Assembly: GCA_038321865.1 (NCBI GenBank)
Contig: JBBQFH010000001.1
Coordinates: 1-64,000 of the forward strand
Direction of reading: 5' to 3'
Source of the DNA: Gemmatimonadales bacterium
GTDB taxonomy: Bacteria; Gemmatimonadota; Gemmatimonadetes; Gemmatimonadales; GWC2-71-9
DNA: 64,000 bases
Of this stretch, positions 48,843-61,354 are shown one piece after another. The notes below the pieces were generated by a model. The model saw nothing but the letters and a program-made list of their open reading frames with translations, was not told the origin of the DNA and ran no database searches. Position numbers and translations under genes: made by a program. How positions within the stretch are numbered: the stretch's first letter is position 1; every line of letters starts with the position of its first letter.

Positions 48843-50351
48843 CTACTTGACCGGAACCGCCGGCCGAGGCGCTTCGGACAGGCTGGCCCCGCTGCGAAGC
48901 ACACCGTTGATCGCGGGGGCGGGCCAGAGCCCGAACAGCGCGACCGCGGCGACCGTCACCGCGACCGCGACCGCCGCGGGTCGCAGCAGGCGGCTCCGTC
49001 CCGCCAGCCCGTCCTCGGCACGGGCCGGCTGCATGTACATCGCCATGATGACCGGCAGGTAGTACCCGGCGGATACCACGCTGCTCAGCACCAGCACGAC
49101 CGGCAGAATGAAGTGACGCTCCGCGATCACGGACTGGAGGATGTACCACTTGCCGATGAAGCCGAACGTGCCCGGGAAGCCGAAGAGCGACAGCATGCAG
49201 ATGGTGAGCGCGAAGGCGGTCCACGGGCGCCTGCTCGCGAGACCGGCGATGTCGTCGTTGGTGACATCGCGCTCGCCCCCTTCGCCGAGCGTCCCCAAGA
49301 TCCCGAACGCGGCCAGCGTCGTGAGGCCGTAGGCGAAGAGGTAGAGCAGCACCGATCCGGCACCGAAACGGGTGCCCGGCCACACCGCCACCAGCAGATA
49401 GCCGGCGTGGGCCACGGAACTGTAGGCCAGCATTCGCTTCATCGATCGCTCACTGAGCGCGATCAGGTTCCCCACGACCATCGTCGCGATCGCGAGGACC
49501 GCCACGACCGGCTGCCACAGGCTCATCGCGGACGGGAAGGCCTCCATCAGCACCCGCGTGAGCGAGAGGAACGCGGCGGCCTTGACGCCGGTCGCCATGA
49601 GGCCGGTGATCGGTGTCGGCGACCCGTCGTAGACATCGGGGGCCCACATGTGAAAGGGCACCGCGGCCACCTTGAATGCGAAGCCGATCAGGAGCAGGGC
49701 CAGCCCGAGCTTGGCCATCAGCGGCGTCGGCCCGCCCGCCAGCTGCGCGCCGATGAGCTGCAGGTTGGTGCTGCCGGTGGCGCCGTAGACCAGCGCGATC
49801 CCATACAGCAGGAACCCGGAGGCGAACGCGCCGATCAGGAAGTACTTCAGTGCGGCCTCAGCCGAAAAGATGCTGCGACGGTCGAAGCCGGCCAGCACAT
49901 AGACCGCGACGGACATCACCTCGAGGCCGAGGAACACGACGATGAGGTCTTCGGCGCCGGCGAGAAACATCATCCCCACCGTCGCGAGTAGAATGAGCAC
50001 GTAGTACTCAGGGGCCAGAATGCGCTCGCGTTCGACGTAGGCGAGCGACAGCAGTACCGTCACGACCGACGCGATGAGAACGATGGCGTTGCCGGCGAAG
50101 CGAAAACCGTCCACCGCCACCATCTGGGGCAGTCCGTCGGGCGCTGCCCCGGCAGCCCAGAGCCAGGCTTGCGCCGCGCCGGCGGCGAGCAGGCCGATCA
50201 GGCTGAGCCAGCCCGCCAGGCGGCTGTCGGCCGCGGTCTCGTGACGCCAGGCGACGACGAGCAGCACCACCAGCGCCCAGGCCGACAGGACGACCTCCGG
50301 CAGCAGCGCGATCGTCACGCCCATCGGGGTGGTCATGTCCAGCGGGCTCAT
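48843..50351 (-). CDS. nuoN: NADH-quinone oxidoreductase subunit N
   Basis: EAALKYF, FKVAAVPFHMWAPDVYDG and KRMLAYSS. Confidence 0.96.
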   Translation of the reverse strand: MSPLDMTTPMGVTIALLPEVVLSAWALVVLLVVAWRHETAADSRLAGWLSLIGLLAAGAAQAWLWAAGAAPDGLPQMVAVDGFRFAGNAIVLIASVVTVLLSLAYVERERILAPEYYVLILLATVGMMFLAGAEDLIVVFLGLEVMSVAVYVLAGFDRRSIFSAEAALKYFLIGAFASGFLLYGIALVYGATGSTNLQLIGAQLAGGPTPLMAKLGLALLLIGFAFKVAAVPFHMWAPDVYDGSPTPITGLMATGVKAAAFLSLTRVLMEAFPSAMSLWQPVVAVLAIATMVVGNLIALSERSMKRMLAYSSVAHAGYLLVAVWPGTRFGAGSVLLYLFAYGLTTLAAFGILGTLGEGGERDVTNDDIAGLASRRPWTAFALTICMLSLFGFPGTFGFIGKWYILQSVIAERHFILPVVLVLSSVVSAGYYLPVIMAMYMQPARAEDGLAGRSRLLRPAAVAVAVTVAAVALFGLWPAPAINGVLRSGASLSEAPRPAVPVK

Positions 50352-51898
50352 GGTCGAACCGCCGCGACCGGCTGAGTGGCTGGCAATGCGGCCGGCTGCG
50401 TCGTGATCTCGACGAACCGGCGCGCGGCCGGCTCCATGCGTCGGAGCACCGGGCCGGGAAAGAGACCGAGCCAGACCATCCCGGCAACCAGCGGCAGCAG
50501 CACGAGCAGCTCGCGGGGGTTAAGGTCACGCAGCGTCTGGTTTTCCGGGTTGTCGAGCCGGTTGAACAGGACGCGCTGGACGGCCCAGAGCATGTAGGCG
50601 GCGGCGAAGATCACCCCGCTGGTCGCGATGACGGTCGCCGTGCGGTGGGTGCCAAAGCTGCCGAGCAGGACCAGGAATTCCCCGATGAATCCGTTGAGCC
50701 CCGGAAGCCCGATCGAGGACAGCGCCACCAGCGTCAGGATCAGGCCGAACACGGGAACCACGCGCGCAATGCCGCCGTACGCCGAAATCTCCCGTGTGTG
50801 GCGCCGTTCGTAGAGCATGCCGATCAGGAAGAAGAGTGCCCCGGTCGAGAGCCCGTGACCGATCATCACCATGAGCGCACCCTGCACCCCCTGCACCGTC
50901 CCGCTCCAGATTCCCAGCATGACGAAGCCGAGGTGGCTGACGGAGGAATACGCCACCAGCTTCTTGAAGTCCGGCTGGACCATCGCGACCAGCGCGCCGT
51001 AGATGATGCCGATCACCGCGAGCACCACGACCAGCCGGCTGACCGCGGGACTGAGGGCCACCGCGGGGAAAAACGGCACCGCAAAGCGGAGGAAGCCGTA
51101 GGTGCCGATCTTGAGGAGCACGCTCGCCAGCAGTACGCTGCCGGCGGTCGGCGCCTCGACGTGGGCGTCGGGCAGCCAGGTGTGGAGCGGGAAGATGGGC
51201 ACCTTGATGGCGAACGCGAGCGCGAACGCCGCGAAGATCCATGGCGCGGCGGATCCGATCTCCCCGGCATGCGCGAGAAGGTGATCGTAGGAGAACGAGA
51301 GCACGCCGCTGACGGCCGCAACCTTCCACACCATGACCAGGATCGCCACCAGCATCAGCAGCGAGCCGAAGATCGTATAGAGAAAAAACTTGATCGCCGC
51401 GTAAAGGCGGTTGGCGCCGCCCCAGATCCCGATCAGGAAGTACATCGGGATCAGCACGAGCTCGAAGAAGACGTAGAAGACGAAGAGATCGGTGGCGATG
51501 AAGCACCCGACCATACCGACCGCCTGTGCGAGCAGCAGCGCGTAGTAGGCCCGCTGGTGCTTCGTGATGTACGTGAAGCTGGAGAGCACGGCGAGCGGCA
51601 TCAGCCCGGTCGACAGCAGCACCATGAACAGGCTGATCCCGTCAAGACCAACACTGTAGTTGACGCCGAATCTCGGGATCCAGGGCACCGACGACGCCAG
51701 CTGCATTCCGGCCGCCGGCACGAACGCCCACCAGAGCCCGAGCGAGATGATGAACTCGGCAACGGTGACCACCAGGGCGATGCGCCGTGCCGCGGCGACC
51801 GGCGCCAGCAGGATCGGCACGATGCCGGCCAGGGGCAGCAGGATGAGGGCGTGCAGCGCCCACTGCGAATACGCGATCGAGCGGAGGAAGTCGCTCAT
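50348..51898 (-). CDS. nuoM: NADH-quinone oxidoreductase subunit M
   Basis: KVPIFPLHTWLPDAHVEAPTAGS and KKLVAYSSVSH. Confidence 0.96.
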   Translation of the reverse strand: MSDFLRSIAYSQWALHALILLPLAGIVPILLAPVAAARRIALVVTVAEFIISLGLWWAFVPAAGMQLASSVPWIPRFGVNYSVGLDGISLFMVLLSTGLMPLAVLSSFTYITKHQRAYYALLLAQAVGMVGCFIATDLFVFYVFFELVLIPMYFLIGIWGGANRLYAAIKFFLYTIFGSLLMLVAILVMVWKVAAVSGVLSFSYDHLLAHAGEIGSAAPWIFAAFALAFAIKVPIFPLHTWLPDAHVEAPTAGSVLLASVLLKIGTYGFLRFAVPFFPAVALSPAVSRLVVVLAVIGIIYGALVAMVQPDFKKLVAYSSVSHLGFVMLGIWSGTVQGVQGALMVMIGHGLSTGALFFLIGMLYERRHTREISAYGGIARVVPVFGLILTLVALSSIGLPGLNGFIGEFLVLLGSFGTHRTATVIATSGVIFAAAYMLWAVQRVLFNRLDNPENQTLRDLNPRELLVLLPLVAGMVWLGLFPGPVLRRMEPAARRFVEITTQPAALPATQPVAAVRP

Positions 51899-51905
51899 CG
51901 TGCTG

Positions 51906-53926
<2,021 letters not shown>

Positions 53927-53927
<1 letters not shown>

Positions 53928-54235
53928 CAGCCCTGCAGGAGGTTGATGTTCGCCAGATCGACCGACTGACGATGGCGAAAGATCGCCAGGATGATCGCGA
54001 GCCCGACCGCGGCCTCCGCGGCCGCGACCGTCATGACGAAGAAGACCATGACCCAGCCGCCCACGCCGTGAACCTGCGCCAGCGCCACGAATGTGAGGTT
54101 GACCGCGTTCAGCATGATCTCGACGCACATGAAGAGCACGATCGCATTGCGTCGCAGCAGCACGCCGGCCACGCCGAGGCTGAAGAGAATCGCGCTGAGG
54201 CCGAGCGATGGGCCGAGGAACCTGACCGATTCCAT
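53927..54235 (-). CDS. nuoK: NADH-quinone oxidoreductase subunit K
   Basis: [17 protein letters not shown] and [10 protein letters not shown]. Confidence 0.95.
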
Positions 54236-54789
54236 CAGATCCTCCGTTTGGCGAGCACGACCGCCCCGACGAGCGCCGCCAGCAACAGGATCGAGGTGAT
54301 TTCGAACGGCACCAGGTATACCCGGAACAGCGGCTCCGCGATGCTCTGCACCAGGTTCTGCGACGCCGCCCGTTGCAGCGCGGCACCGGCCGGGAACGCC
54401 GCCGCCACGTCGGTGGTGCCCGCCAGGTGCGTCACTTCCGATGCCAGTCGTTGGGGCGTATAGCGCCAGATCGCCGTGAGCTCGATCGCAAGCAGGCCCA
54501 CCACGACCAGCGAGGCTGCGATCGAGGATGGCCCCCGGAGATCGTTCGTCTTGTGTCCCAGGTTCAGCAGCATCACCAGGAACAGGAACAACACGAGCAC
54601 GGCACCCACGTAGACGAGCACCTGGAGGGCACCGATCAGTTCGGCGTTCAGGATCACGTAGATTGCGGCGAGCGAGAACATGGTGGACATCAGCCAGATC
54701 GCCGACACCACGGGGCTCCGCTGCAGAATGCACATCGCCGCACCCAGCACGGCCACGGTAGCGAACAGATAGAAGACGAAGGATTCCAT
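54235..54789 (-). CDS. nuoJ: NADH-quinone oxidoreductase subunit J
   Basis: [15 protein letters not shown] and [10 protein letters not shown]. Confidence 0.95.
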   Translation of the reverse strand: MESFVFYLFATVAVLGAAMCILQRSPVVSAIWLMSTMFSLAAIYVILNAELIGALQVLVYVGAVLVLFLFLVMLLNLGHKTNDLRGPSSIAASLVVVGLLAIELTAIWRYTPQRLASEVTHLAGTTDVAAAFPAGAALQRAASQNLVQSIAEPLFRVYLVPFEITSILLLAALVGAVVLAKRRI

Positions 54790-55307
54790 CACTCGCCCCG
54801 CGGGTCCGTCGGGTCCCACAGCGTGGAGACGGCGTGGGTCTGCGACGAGAGCCGCTCCAGGTCGTAGACGAAGCGGCCGCGGCTGTATTCCGAGTTTTCG
54901 TAGTGCTGCCCGACGTGGATCGCTTCCTCGGGGCAGACCTCCTGACAATATCCGCAGAACACGCAGCGGAATTCGTCGATCTCGTAGATCAGGGGATACC
55001 GATTCCCCTGCTCGTCCTCGCCGGGGACGAGCTTGATGCAGTTCGCCGGGCAGACCTGCGGGCAGAGCCCGCAGGCCACGCACTTCGAGCGCCCCTGTTC
55101 GTCGGTCAGCATCCGGTGCGTACCGCGCCAGCGCGGCGAAAGCGTCCACGTCCCGCGATCGTCCCGGGTGCTCCGCTCCTCCGGATACTGCATCGTCACC
55201 TTGGTCTGGAACATGTGCTTGAAGGTGAGCGCGAGCCCCTTGAACGTCGCCCGGACGTAGCTGACCTCGCGCTCGGGGCGCGTCATCACCTTGACACCGA
55301 TTGCCAT
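54789..55307 (-). CDS. nuoI: NADH-quinone oxidoreductase subunit I
   Basis: Two CxxCxxCxxxCP motifs. Confidence 0.96.
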   Translation of the reverse strand: MAIGVKVMTRPEREVSYVRATFKGLALTFKHMFQTKVTMQYPEERSTRDDRGTWTLSPRWRGTHRMLTDEQGRSKCVACGLCPQVCPANCIKLVPGEDEQGNRYPLIYEIDEFRCVFCGYCQEVCPEEAIHVGQHYENSEYSRGRFVYDLERLSSQTHAVSTLWDPTDPRGE

Positions 55308-56632
55308 CAGCTCGCCGCCCGGACGCCGCGATCGCGTCCGACGAAGGTTGGCCGCACGGGATCGGGCTCGAGCCGCTGCCGGCGCGACTCGGATCCCGAC
55401 ACGATGGCACCCCGGTCGAGGAGCCAGAACATGATTACGCCGATGATCAGGCTGATCACGGTGAGCGCGAACGCGCGCGTCGTCACGCTGGTGATGCCCA
55501 TCAGGTGCTGCAGCGCGTAGATGGCGCCAGCAATGACCATGATATAGGCGAGCGCCAGTGGCATCAGCACCTTCCAGCCCAGGGCCATGAGCTGGTCATA
55601 GCGGAAGCGCGGAAGGGTCCAACGGATCCACATGACGAAGAAGATCCAGAAGAACGTCTTGATGAAGAACACGAGGTGGCTGAGGACAACCCAGTACCAG
55701 GTGCCGCTTTCGTCCGCCCGCGTGAATGGAATGTCCCAGCCGCCGAAGAACAGCGTGGCCACCATCGCGCTCACGGTCACCACGTTCGCGTACTCCGCAA
55801 TGAAGAACATGGAAAACTTCATCGCGCTGTATTCGGTGTGGTACCCGGCGATCAGTTCCGATTCCGCTTCCGGCAAGTCGAACGGGAGCCGATTGGTCTC
55901 GGCGAAACCGGAGATCAGGAAGATGAAGAACGAGATGAACAGGGGGCCCACGAACCAGAGCGAATGCGCCTGCTCCGCGATGATGGCCGAAAACGAGACG
56001 TTGCCGCTGAGCAGCAGTACGGGGATCAGACTCATCCCCATGGCGACCTCGTAGCTGATCATCTGGGCGCTCGCCCGGAGGCCGCCCAGCAGGCTGTACT
56101 TGCTGTTCGACGCCCAGCCCGCGAGCGCAATGCCGTACACGCCCATCGAACTGATCGCGAGCACGAAGAGGAATCCGACCGGCAGATCGGCGACCACCAT
56201 CGGAAGCATGCCGTGATACGCCACCCGGCCGAAAATCGCGTGAAACACTGCGCCAAGCACGTGGCCGACGAGCGGAATGCGCGCAATTTCCTGTCCGAGA
56301 TCGTCGAAGTTCAGCCGCAGCGGCGCCGCAAAAGGAATCACCGCCGAGAGCATGAGTGCCGGGATGAACGAAAGCGCGGGAGCGAGCAGGAACAGTCCGC
56401 GATTCGATTCCTTCGGGAAGGTCTCTTCCTTGAGGATGTTCTTGAGGCCGTCCGCAGCCGGCTGCAGCAGGCCGGCCCAGCCGACGCGGTTGGGCCCCCG
56501 GCGGTTCTGCATCCAGGCCGAGACCTTGCGCTCCATCAGCGTGAGCAGCGCCACGCCGACCAGCATCACGGTAAAGACGATCAGCATCTTGATGACGCTG
56601 AACAGAATGAATCCCTTGAGTTCGGGACTCAT
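55307..56632 (-). CDS. nuoH: NADH-quinone oxidoreductase subunit H
   Basis: ERKVSA..RRGPNRVG, ETNRLPFDLPEAESEL and PRFRYDQLM. Confidence 0.96.
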   Translation of the reverse strand: MSPELKGFILFSVIKMLIVFTVMLVGVALLTLMERKVSAWMQNRRGPNRVGWAGLLQPAADGLKNILKEETFPKESNRGLFLLAPALSFIPALMLSAVIPFAAPLRLNFDDLGQEIARIPLVGHVLGAVFHAIFGRVAYHGMLPMVVADLPVGFLFVLAISSMGVYGIALAGWASNSKYSLLGGLRASAQMISYEVAMGMSLIPVLLLSGNVSFSAIIAEQAHSLWFVGPLFISFFIFLISGFAETNRLPFDLPEAESELIAGYHTEYSAMKFSMFFIAEYANVVTVSAMVATLFFGGWDIPFTRADESGTWYWVVLSHLVFFIKTFFWIFFVMWIRWTLPRFRYDQLMALGWKVLMPLALAYIMVIAGAIYALQHLMGITSVTTRAFALTVISLIIGVIMFWLLDRGAIVSGSESRRQRLEPDPVRPTFVGRDRGVRAAS

Positions 56633-58215
56633 CGGCCGCCCTGTCCTGCGGCTGCCGTCGCCGCCAGCACCCGGCCGCCGAAACCGAGGTCGCCGTGGGT
56701 GAGACCCGCGAGTTCGGGGTACGCGGAGCCAAGCATGGCAAAGGCTTCCGCGGCCGTCGACGGCGCGTCGGCGTCGGGTCCGGGACCGGCAAGGACTTCG
56801 CCGGCCACCCACCAGGCGGGCCGCGCCATCCCCGGCTGCGAGCGCGCCTGCTGATAACGCTGCACCCGCCGGTCGCGATTGACGTAGGTGCCGTTCTCTT
56901 CGGCCATGGTCGTGACGGGCAGCACCAGCGACGCCTCCCGAATCCAGTCGGCCGCCACCGTGCCGAGCACGACGACCTCCGCGCGGGTCTCCCGGATTGC
57001 GGCGACGGCGGCATCATCCAGATCAGCGTCGAGCACGATGACGAAGGCGGCCGAGGCAACCGCCTGCACCGCCGCCTCCCAGTCCCGGTTGTAGCCGACG
57101 AGCTCGGCGCCGTCCGCGTTCGGCGTGCGCTCGCGCCGGAGGGCGAGGTTCGGGATACCTGACAGCGGCGCTTCCTCCCCGAGCGGCACCTGCACCGCGG
57201 CGGTGACCTGGAACGGCTCCAGCAGCCGGCGGACCAGCCCGAGCGATTCGACCGACATGCGGCCTGAGGCGAGCAGCACGGCGGACCCGGCCGCGTCGCG
57301 CAGGATGCGGCCGAATCGGTCCAGCGCGGTGTCCCAGTCGGTGGCCGCGTGGCGATGGCCGTCGTAGACGAGCGGCGCCTCGATGCGGTCGCCGCGGTTG
57401 AGCCAGCGGTAGTCCATCCGGCCATGATCGCACATGAAGTGCCGGTTGACCTCGAGATTCGGCCGCGGGCGGAGCCGCACAATCACGTCGTCGCGGGTAT
57501 CGATCGACGTGTTGCAGCCCTGCGAACATCCCGGGCAGACGCTGGCCGTCTTGTCCAGGTCCCACGCACGCGCCTTGTGCAGGAAGTCCTTCGACAGGAG
57601 CGACCCCACGGGACAGAGGTCGACGACGTTGCCGGCCCACGGGTGATCGAGCAGCTGCTCGCTCGCGATCCCGATGTAGGCCCTGTCGCCGCGCTCGGAC
57701 ACGTTGAGCACCGGCGTCTCGGCGACATCGTCCATGAAGCGGACACAGCGGGTGCAGAGGATGCAGCGGTTCGCCACGTACAGGATATCGGGGCCGAAGT
57801 CCTCGACCGGATTGTAGCGCTTCGCATACTCGCTGTAGCGCGTGCCGGCACGACCCTCCTGAAAGGTGTAGTCCTGCAGCTCACACTCGCCGGCCTGGTC
57901 GCAAATCGGGCAATCGAGCGGATGATTGATCAGGAGGAACTCGAGCACGCCCTGCCGCGCCATGCGCGCCGGCTCGCTGTTGACGTGCACCACCTGCCCC
58001 TCGGCCACGGTCGTCACACACGCCGGCATGAGTTTCGGCGCCTTCTCCACCTCGACCAGGCACATCCGGCACACCGCGGGCGACGGGAGCGACGGGTGGT
58101 AGCAGTAGTGGGGCACGAGGACACCCACCTGCTTGGCGGCCTCGATGATCGTCGTCCCCCTGGGGACGGCGACCTGGGCGCCGTCGATCGTTACGTTGAC
58201 CAGTTCCTCAGCCAT
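56629..58215 (-). CDS. nuoG: NADH-quinone oxidoreductase subunit G (short form)
   Basis: CYHP..CRMCLV, HPLDCPICDQAGEC and RCILCTRC. Confidence 0.93.
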   Translation of the reverse strand: MAEELVNVTIDGAQVAVPRGTTIIEAAKQVGVLVPHYCYHPSLPSPAVCRMCLVEVEKAPKLMPACVTTVAEGQVVHVNSEPARMARQGVLEFLLINHPLDCPICDQAGECELQDYTFQEGRAGTRYSEYAKRYNPVEDFGPDILYVANRCILCTRCVRFMDDVAETPVLNVSERGDRAYIGIASEQLLDHPWAGNVVDLCPVGSLLSKDFLHKARAWDLDKTASVCPGCSQGCNTSIDTRDDVIVRLRPRPNLEVNRHFMCDHGRMDYRWLNRGDRIEAPLVYDGHRHAATDWDTALDRFGRILRDAAGSAVLLASGRMSVESLGLVRRLLEPFQVTAAVQVPLGEEAPLSGIPNLALRRERTPNADGAELVGYNRDWEAAVQAVASAAFVIVLDADLDDAAVAAIRETRAEVVVLGTVAADWIREASLVLPVTTMAEENGTYVNRDRRVQRYQQARSQPGMARPAWWVAGEVLAGPGPDADAPSTAAEAFAMLGSAYPELAGLTHGDLGFGGRVLAATAAAGQGGR

Positions 58216-58224
58216 TCAGTCCTC

Positions 58225-59532
58225 TCAGACGCCCGCCGCGGTGGGGTGGCGCGTGCCACTCATGTATGCCTCGAACTCGCCGCGGAACTTCTGAATGCCG
58301 CTCACCACCGGCGCGGCGCATGAATCGCTCAGCACGCAGATGGTCTTGCCGGTCATGTTGTCCGCCAGGTCGAAGAGGAGCTGGAAATCGGCCTCGCGTC
58401 CCTTCCCGGCCAGGATCCGTTCGAGCACGCGGGTCGTCCACGCCGTGCCTTCGCGGCACTGGGTGCACTGGGCGCACGATTCGTGGGCGTAGAACTTGGC
58501 GAGTCGCCAGATCTGGTAGACCATGTCGGTGGTGTCATCCATGACGATCATGCCGCCCGAGCCCAGCATCGAGCCGGCCGCCACGATCCCCTCGTAGTCC
58601 ATCACGCAGCCCTCGACCTCGGCCACGTTCATGATCGGCACGGAGGAGCCGCCGGGAATGACGGCCTTCAGCGTGCGGCCGGGACGCATGCCCCCGCACA
58701 TGTCGTAGATAAGCGCCTTCATCGGCGTGCCCATCGTGATTTCATAGTTGCCCGGACGCTGGACGTGTCCGCACACCGAAATCAGCTTGGTTCCCGTGCT
58801 TTTCGGATTGCCGAGGCAGAGCGACTTGTACCACGCCGAGCCGCGCATGAGGATCTGCGGCACCGCGGCGAGGGTCTCGACGTTGTTGATCGTCGTGGGG
58901 AGCGCGAACAGCCCGGCCTGCGCCGGAAACGGCGGCTTGATGCGCGGATTGCCGCGCTTTCCCTCGATCGAATTCATGAGGGCAGTCTCTTCGCCGCAGA
59001 TGTACGCGCCGGCGCCCCGATGCAGGATCATGTCGATCCGCTTCCCGCTGCCGAATGCGTTCGGTCCCAGCGCGCCCTTGGCGTACGCTTCCTCGACGGC
59101 GGCCGTCATGACCCGCCAGGGCTCGGTGAATTCGCCGCGGATGTAGATGTAGCAGGTCTCGGCGCCGATCGCGTATGCGCCGATGGCGCACCCCTCGAGA
59201 AGGGCGTGCGGCGTCCACCGCATGATCTCGCGATCCTTGAAGGTGCCCGGCTCCGATTCGTCGGCATTGCAGACGAGATAGTGCGCCTTGCCGTCTCCCT
59301 TCGGCATGAAGGACCACTTGAGCCCGGTCGGAAAGCCCGCGCCCCCGCGCCCGCGGAGTCCCGACGCCTTCACCTCCTCAATCACCGCCTCGGGCGTCAT
59401 GCCCAGGGCCTTCTTCAGCCCTTCATAGCCGCCACGCTGAACCCAGCCATCGAGGCTGCGCGCTCCGGCGTCGCCGAAATACTTCGAGAGAACGACGTTC
59501 TCCTGCTCATGACTCGGGTGCGGATAACCCAT
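58225..59532 (-). CDS. nuoF: NADH-quinone oxidoreductase subunit F
   Basis: GRGGAGFPTG, NADESEPG, GAGAYICGEETAL and ESCAQCTQCREG. Confidence 0.97.
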   Translation of the reverse strand: MGYPHPSHEQENVVLSKYFGDAGARSLDGWVQRGGYEGLKKALGMTPEAVIEEVKASGLRGRGGAGFPTGLKWSFMPKGDGKAHYLVCNADESEPGTFKDREIMRWTPHALLEGCAIGAYAIGAETCYIYIRGEFTEPWRVMTAAVEEAYAKGALGPNAFGSGKRIDMILHRGAGAYICGEETALMNSIEGKRGNPRIKPPFPAQAGLFALPTTINNVETLAAVPQILMRGSAWYKSLCLGNPKSTGTKLISVCGHVQRPGNYEITMGTPMKALIYDMCGGMRPGRTLKAVIPGGSSVPIMNVAEVEGCVMDYEGIVAAGSMLGSGGMIVMDDTTDMVYQIWRLAKFYAHESCAQCTQCREGTAWTTRVLERILAGKGREADFQLLFDLADNMTGKTICVLSDSCAAPVVSGIQKFRGEFEAYMSGTRHPTAAGV

Positions 59533-60071
59533 CAGGGGTACCTCGAGAGAATCTCGGAGATTCTCTCCGGCGTCACATTCTCGATGAAGTCCGTGTCGTC
59601 GACCAGAATCGGCGTCGGGAAGCCGCAGGCCCCCAGGCACTCCACCTCGATGACCGTGAAACGGCCGTCAGCGCTTGTCGTCCCCATCTCCCCGCACCCC
59701 GTTTCCCGGAGCAGGGCGCGGAGCGTGTCTTCGGCGCCGCAGAGCCCACAGGGAGAGGTGGTGCAGACCTGGATGAAGTGGCGTCCCACCGGATGGGTGT
59801 GATACATCGTATAGAAGGTGACAACACCCTTCACGTAGGCCGGCGTAAGATCCAACACCGCGGCCACTTCGCCGATCGCCTGCTGGGAGATCCAGCCCCG
59901 GTTCTCCTGTACCATCCAGAGCGCGGGCAGCAGGCACGCCTGTTTGGTCGGATAGCGCCCGAACAGCGTCTGGAGACGGCTGAGCGTCTCGCCGGTGAAG
60001 ACGGGCTCGTAGGCATCGTCCGAGTGGTGTCCGCCGGCGTGACCACCCGGCGAGAGGACATCGAGGCTCAT
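59532..60071 (-). CDS. nuoE: NADH-quinone oxidoreductase subunit E
   Basis: VCTTSPC and ECLGAC. Confidence 0.95.
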   Translation of the reverse strand: MSLDVLSPGGHAGGHHSDDAYEPVFTGETLSRLQTLFGRYPTKQACLLPALWMVQENRGWISQQAIGEVAAVLDLTPAYVKGVVTFYTMYHTHPVGRHFIQVCTTSPCGLCGAEDTLRALLRETGCGEMGTTSADGRFTVIEVECLGACGFPTPILVDDTDFIENVTPERISEILSRYP

Positions 60072-61354
60072 CGGTCGATCTCTCCCATGACGATGTCCAC
60101 GCTCGCGTTGATCGCGATGACGTCCGACAGGAGCGCGCCCTCGCACATCTTCGGCAGGCTGGCGAGGTTCAGGAACGACGGCGGACGGATCCGCCACCGG
60201 ACCGGCTTCGCGGTGCCGTCCGACACCATATAGTACCCGAGCTCGCCCTTCGGATTCTCCACTCCGAAGTATGCCTCACCCGCTGGGGGCTTGACCCCTT
60301 CCATGACCTGCTTGAAGTGGAAGATCATGGCTTCCATGTCGCTCATGGCGCGGCTCTTGGGAGGCAGCACCACGCGGGGATCGTCCACGTTGATGGGGCC
60401 CGGCTTCAACTTGTCGAGCGCCTGCTCGAGGATGCGGGTCGACTGGAACATTTCCTCCAGGCGAATGCGGTAGCGATCGTAGATGTCACCGTGCTCGCCG
60501 ACGGGGACGTCGAAGTCGTAGTCCTCGTATCCGAGATAGGGCCGATCCTTCCGCACATCGTAGTCCACGCCGCTGGCCCGGAGCATGGGGCCGGAGAGCG
60601 AGTAGTTGATCGCCTCTTCCCGCGTCAGCACGCCGACGTTCTGCGTCCGCCCGATCCAGATGGCGTTCCGCGTGAACATCGTGTCGACTTCCTTGAGCGT
60701 ATTGGGAAAGGTGCGGGTGAAGTCGCGCAGCGCCGCGTCCCAGCCGTCGGGAATGTCGGCCATCATCCCGCCGACCCGGGTGAGACTCGTCGTCAGCCGG
60801 GCACCGGTCCAGGCCTCCTGCAGGTTGTACACCCGCTCACGCTCCTGGAACGACCACAGAAACGGCGTGAAGGCTCCCAGGTCGATGCCGGTGGTGCCCA
60901 GCCAGACGAGATGGGAGATGATGCGACTCAGCTCGCAGGCGATGACGCGCAGCACGCGGCAGCGCTCGGTCACCTCGATGCCCATCAGCTTTTCGACCGT
61001 GAGCGCCAGGCAGACATTGTTCGCCATCGGCGACAGGTAGTCGGTCCGGTCGGTCAGCGGAATGATCTGATTGTAGTGTCGGTACTCGCCCAGCTTCTCG
61101 AAGCCGGAGTGCAGATACCCGATGTGCGGGATCACGCGCTTGACGGTCTCGCCCTCGAGCTCAACGACGAGCCGGAGGACGCCATGCGTGGCCGGGTGCT
61201 GCGGGCCGATGTTGACCAGCATGTGCTCCGCGCCGAAATCCTCATCGAAGTGCGCGCCCGCGGGCTCGGCGATGCCGAGCGGCACCCGCGTCACGCGGCC
61301 CTCGGCGTCGAGCCCGGGTGTGGCGAGATCCAGTTCAACAGTGCGCGTGCTCAT
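60068..61354 (-). CDS. nuoD: NADH-quinone oxidoreductase subunit D
   Basis: GPQHPATHGVLR, ENPKGELG and DIVMGEIDR. Confidence 0.97.
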   Translation of the reverse strand: MSTRTVELDLATPGLDAEGRVTRVPLGIAEPAGAHFDEDFGAEHMLVNIGPQHPATHGVLRLVVELEGETVKRVIPHIGYLHSGFEKLGEYRHYNQIIPLTDRTDYLSPMANNVCLALTVEKLMGIEVTERCRVLRVIACELSRIISHLVWLGTTGIDLGAFTPFLWSFQERERVYNLQEAWTGARLTTSLTRVGGMMADIPDGWDAALRDFTRTFPNTLKEVDTMFTRNAIWIGRTQNVGVLTREEAINYSLSGPMLRASGVDYDVRKDRPYLGYEDYDFDVPVGEHGDIYDRYRIRLEEMFQSTRILEQALDKLKPGPINVDDPRVVLPPKSRAMSDMEAMIFHFKQVMEGVKPPAGEAYFGVENPKGELGYYMVSDGTAKPVRWRIRPPSFLNLASLPKMCEGALLSDVIAINASVDIVMGEIDR

